A stretch of DNA of 64,000 nucleotides from a bacterium (GTDB lineage: Bacteria > Zhuqueibacterota > Zhuqueibacteria > Residuimicrobiales > Krinioviventaceae). Every line of letters begins with the position of its first letter. The stretch's first letter is position 1. The DNA lies in the NCBI GenBank assembly GCA_963674595.2, contig CAXXFV010000006.1:192001-256000 (forward strand), read 5' to 3'. The translations under genes and the position numbers were made by a program. The notes under the pieces are model-generated. The model saw only the letters and a list, made by a program, of their open reading frames with translations. It ran no database searches and had not been told where the DNA came from. Positions 60,552-64,000 of this stretch are shown here, piece by piece.

Positions 60552-61469
60552 TTACAACGTTCGGCGTTCCTCTGAACGTTTGTCTTTAACCAGCGTACTG
60601 CTGTGAAAGATACCCTGCATGGCCCGGTCCCGCCATGCGACTGTAGAATCGTATAATTTCTGTTCCGTATCTATCGTTGTTATCAGAATGCCGGGCGTGT
60701 TCCTGCGGAGACGGCCGGTTATCACCCCATCCGGTCTGACAAAAAAGCCCGGCCAGCAGCTTATTTTTGCGCTGGAGTTACTGCAGCTTATCCATAAGTG
60801 GCTGCCTGCACAGGCTGCCTGCACCGATGCCGGCATGGTAATTTCCGGCAGGGTAGAGCCGCGATTTATTTTATGGAATTGCGGACCGACCTGCTGTTGC
60901 ATATCCTGATATTGTTTTGGATCCATATTGGCCGCATGAAAGGAGTGAAATACGAGTTCGACGCCCTTTTTCTTGTAATCCCGATAAAGTTCCGGATAAC
61001 GGTACTCATGACAAATAAGGGCCCCGCACCGAACGCCCTGAATGTCAAATACAGAGGCATGATCACCGGGACTGAAATGCAACAATTCACCGGATTGTTC
61101 CGAAGCATCACCCGCACAAAAACGTTTATCATAACGATCTAAAATTTCGCCCTGATCACTAATGATATAAAGACTGTTATGCGGTTTATGTTGACCAGTA
61201 AGTTGATGAACAGATCCCAAAATAACCCACAATTTAAGACGACCCGCATGATGAATGATCTCACGGGTACATGATTCCAGCAGGTGCCAGTCCAAATTTT
61301 TATATGAATTAATATCATGCCCGACATAACCCGGCAGACAGGCTTCCGGGAAATGGGCTACCTGTGCACCGCGTGTCCGGGCGTTTGTCATCTGTTTCAG
61401 GATATAATTATAATTCCTGTTAATATCTGCACAGGTCGGAAACTGACATGTGGCGATGGTGAGTATCAT
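60552..61469 (-). CDS. Carbon-nitrogen hydrolase (nitrilase superfamily)
   Basis: Catalytic E-K-C triad in FPEA, YDKR and LICHE.RYPE. Confidence 0.9.
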   Translation of the reverse strand: MILTIATCQFPTCADINRNYNYILKQMTNARTRGAQVAHFPEACLPGYVGHDINSYKNLDWHLLESCTREIIHHAGRLKLWVILGSVHQLTGQHKPHNSLYIISDQGEILDRYDKRFCAGDASEQSGELLHFSPGDHASVFDIQGVRCGALICHEYRYPELYRDYKKKGVELVFHSFHAANMDPKQYQDMQQQVGPQFHKINRGSTLPEITMPASVQAACAGSHLWISCSNSSAKISCWPGFFVRPDGVITGRLRRNTPGILITTIDTEQKLYDSTVAWRDRAMQGIFHSSTLVKDKRSEERRTL

Positions 61470-61523
61470 ACACGGCCTTTTTAATGCAGTTTATATGTAT
61501 TAATTAGTAAATTCACAGTGAAT

Positions 61524-62966
61524 TTATAAATTCGGTTTCGGAGGTTCATTTTCAGTCGGTACCCACTTTTTATGATCAGTGATTACCTTTTGATACTTTT
61601 CAACACCAGCCAGGTTTGTCCATTCATTTGGGTCCGTTTGATGGTCATACAATTCTTCGGTACCATCCGCATATTGAATATAGCGCCAGCGTTCACTGCG
61701 TATGGCGTGATTTTTATAACCGTATGTCATCAAGGCCGGCTGATGCCAGTTAAGCTCGGGATTATCGACAAGTTCTGCGGCACTGCGTCCGTGTAATTTG
61801 TCATTTGTTGGCAAACCACAAAGATCAACAAGAGTCGGGTATATTGTTGTCATATCAATCGGCTGTTCGCACTTTTTCCCGGCCGTGGCTTTTTTACGCG
61901 GATCAACAATAATAAAAGGGATGTGAGTTGCCTTTTCCCACAGAGCAAACTTTTCGATATGGTCTTTTTCACCCAGGTGGAAGCCATGGTCGGACCATAG
62001 AATAATAATCGTATTATCTGCGAATCCGCTGTCGTCCAGGGCTTTTAACAGTCGTCCGACAGATGTATCAGAAAAACTACAGCAGGCTGCATAGGCGTGG
62101 ATAAAATCGCTATAGGACCCCGGTTTTTTCTTTTCCAGGGCCATCATTCCTTTCCAGAACCATTTGGTCGGATTCATGAGTTCGGCTGCCCCGGCAGGGA
62201 GATCGTCCCAGTCATCCTCTTTCCGTAGAGGGAGCGGGAGAGAGTCATCATACAGTTTATGATATTTGGGCGGAGCAAAAAAGGGAGAATGGGGTTTAAA
62301 AATACCACACGCCAGCAGAAAAGGTTCGTCTTCTCCTTTTGCCGCATCAAGCTTTTTCTGTTTTAAAACATCAATGGCATAATTAACCGATTTAAAATCG
62401 ATTGTTTTGGATTCTTCCGCGTCTTTTGGCCAGGGACCCCAGTCCGTATTTCTGGAACCGTATTCATCGGCGCCGTTTAGTTTGTTTTCCGGCATATATT
62501 GTGGGTCCATCTTTTTAAAAGAATCCCAGGATTCCGGATCGTTATAGGCCCCGTTATTAGCGTGATGATAAACTTTGCCGAAACCGGCCGTATAATAACC
62601 ATTCTCTCCAAAATATTCGGGCAGGGTAAGGTGCCCTTTGGTGGCATTACGCCAGTCTGTTTGATTGCCGTACACACCGGATTTATGAGGACGCAATCCT
62701 GTTAATGTTGCCGTACGTGACGGATTGCAGGCAGGGGAAGCACAAAAAGCGTTTGTAAAAAAAACGCCGCGTTTGGCAAGCGCTTCAATATTGGGGGTTT
62801 GGAAAGGCCTGTTTTTGCCAAATAAGCTGATACCGTCATTCATGTCATCAATGGATATAAAAAGGATATTTGGCTTTTTTACCGGTTTCATTTTTGACGC
62901 ATTACAGCCCATTGCAACAGCAGCCGCACTGCACCCCATTGTTTTTATAAAATGCCGTCTGTTCAT
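61524..62966 (-). CDS. Tat-exported sulfatase (S1, iduronate-2-/choline-sulfatase-like)
   Basis: MNRRHFIK, PNILFISIDDMN, CNPSRTATLTG, GKVYH, KPHSP, WSDHGFHLGEK. Confidence 0.92.
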   Translation of the reverse strand: MNRRHFIKTMGCSAAAVAMGCNASKMKPVKKPNILFISIDDMNDGISLFGKNRPFQTPNIEALAKRGVFFTNAFCASPACNPSRTATLTGLRPHKSGVYGNQTDWRNATKGHLTLPEYFGENGYYTAGFGKVYHHANNGAYNDPESWDSFKKMDPQYMPENKLNGADEYGSRNTDWGPWPKDAEESKTIDFKSVNYAIDVLKQKKLDAAKGEDEPFLLACGIFKPHSPFFAPPKYHKLYDDSLPLPLRKEDDWDDLPAGAAELMNPTKWFWKGMMALEKKKPGSYSDFIHAYAACCSFSDTSVGRLLKALDDSGFADNTIIILWSDHGFHLGEKDHIEKFALWEKATHIPFIIVDPRKKATAGKKCEQPIDMTTIYPTLVDLCGLPTNDKLHGRSAAELVDNPELNWHQPALMTYGYKNHAIRSERWRYIQYADGTEELYDHQTDPNEWTNLAGVEKYQKVITDHKKWVPTENEPPKPNL

Positions 62967-63088
62967 TTAATACTCCTGTTGAGGGGAATTGGCAGAGTCG
63001 TATCAGGAATTAATGATTTTATCCGTAATTGGTGACGAGTTCAATTAACATATATTTTCATCGGGTTGATTAATATATAATAATTAAT

Positions 63089-64000
63089 CTACTTGAGCAA
63101 ACCAATATTTTCGAAATCAATTTGTTTAATTCCTAAAGACCGGGCCGGAGAATTCTCGTTTAATTGAAATCCTGCATTTTCAAGTCCGATAAACTCTGGA
63201 TCAGCAACAACACTGCTGCTGTCAACGCCCTGCTTGACTCGTTTTTCCAGTTCTTCCCGACAAGAATGCGGAACACCTGTTGCAAAATACAAATTGCTGT
63301 CCATATCACAATCGCTTAGTTTGGGCGGCCATTCATCTTTATCAAAATCCAGATTAAACGGATTTATATAGGTCCAGGATACAAAAGGTTCAGCCACACC
63401 GCTGGACTGGTAATAAAGATTGTTCTTTATAATCGTTCCTTTAACCGGACCGCAGGCAATAATGTAAAGAAAGGCCAGCATATCGTGCCGTTCACCGTTA
63501 AATTTTTCCGTAGGGATATAATCAATGAAATAGTTATTGGTAATCGTATTGGGATACCTGGTCACAATCCCGTATCGGGCAAACCGGTATATTATATTTT
63601 CTGTAATTGTTATGTTTTTTGAAAAACCGTCGCCCCTGATAGCGCCATGCCGATGGGCAGAAATATTGTCGTGAATATAGTTTCGCCTGACAATATTTCC
63701 ATTTCCTGTTCCTGATAGATAAATGGCGTTACCGTCATCCAGGGTTAAAACCACATGGTGCAGTTCATTGTTTTCAATAACATTATTTTCCGAAAAAAAG
63801 TACTCGAACAGTTTGTCCCAATCATCCCAGGACCCTTTTTCAATATTGTCATGGTAAATCGTTCCGGTTAATTCGCGGCGGTTGCTCATCAGTTTTTTAT
63901 CAAAAAACATGGGACGGGGACCACTGACGGCAATGCCATTATAGGGCGCATTATAAACAAGATTATGTGCAATTTTATTATGTCCGCTTTGCCATAAAAA
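63089..64000 (-). CDS. 5'-truncated right-handed beta-helix protein (C-terminal part)
   Basis: The frame is open to the window end (FLWQSGHNKIAHNLVYNAPYNGI...). Motifs DDGNAIY..GTG.GN..R.NYIH, IRGDG, ADPEF...FQL...SPA..LGI..IDF..IG. Confidence 0.82.
   Translation of the reverse strand, partial: FLWQSGHNKIAHNLVYNAPYNGIAVSGPRPMFFDKKLMSNRRELTGTIYHDNIEKGSWDDWDKLFEYFFSENNVIENNELHHVVLTLDDGNAIYLSGTGNGNIVRRNYIHDNISAHRHGAIRGDGFSKNITITENIIYRFARYGIVTRYPNTITNNYFIDYIPTEKFNGERHDMLAFLYIIACGPVKGTIIKNNLYYQSSGVAEPFVSWTYINPFNLDFDKDEWPPKLSDCDMDSNLYFATGVPHSCREELEKRVKQGVDSSSVVADPEFIGLENAGFQLNENSPARSLGIKQIDFENIGLLK

Overview
Gene-dense bacterial window, moderately AT-rich and dominated by carbohydrate catabolism. 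FlgD-Ig/T9SS-type C-terminal sorting domains, a GWxTD-like protein and many sulfatases and beta-helix proteins suggest an FCB-group lineage such as KSB1 or Calditrichota (inference only). The main feature is a tightly coupled ~21 kb minus-strand operon (5332-26724). It interleaves five divergent UroD/MtaA-CmuA-superfamily TIM-barrel genes with a sugar kinase, GH4, a tandem-duplicated beta-helix protein, a GH57-like enzyme, an SSS transporter, GH2 and a DUF5703/GH95-like enzyme. A Tat-exported Gfo/Idh/MocA oxidoreductase lies divergent from it, and no corrinoid protein or activator is present in the window. The rest comprises a run of unrelated minus-strand genes (GH92, GH97, GNATs, phosphatase and others), araD-araA, three sulfatases, two more beta-helix proteins, a family of GTAG-type REP-like palindromes, and an AT-rich two-gene islet with a PD-(D/E)xK-like nuclease and integron-cassette-like core sites. 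Nine genes carry single-base frameshifts, mostly in homopolymers and most likely read or assembly errors; they are reported here as merged genes. CCGG is strongly over-represented. I saw no rRNA, tRNA, CRISPR array, transposase or integrase. All family assignments come from motif recognition by eye, not from database searches.
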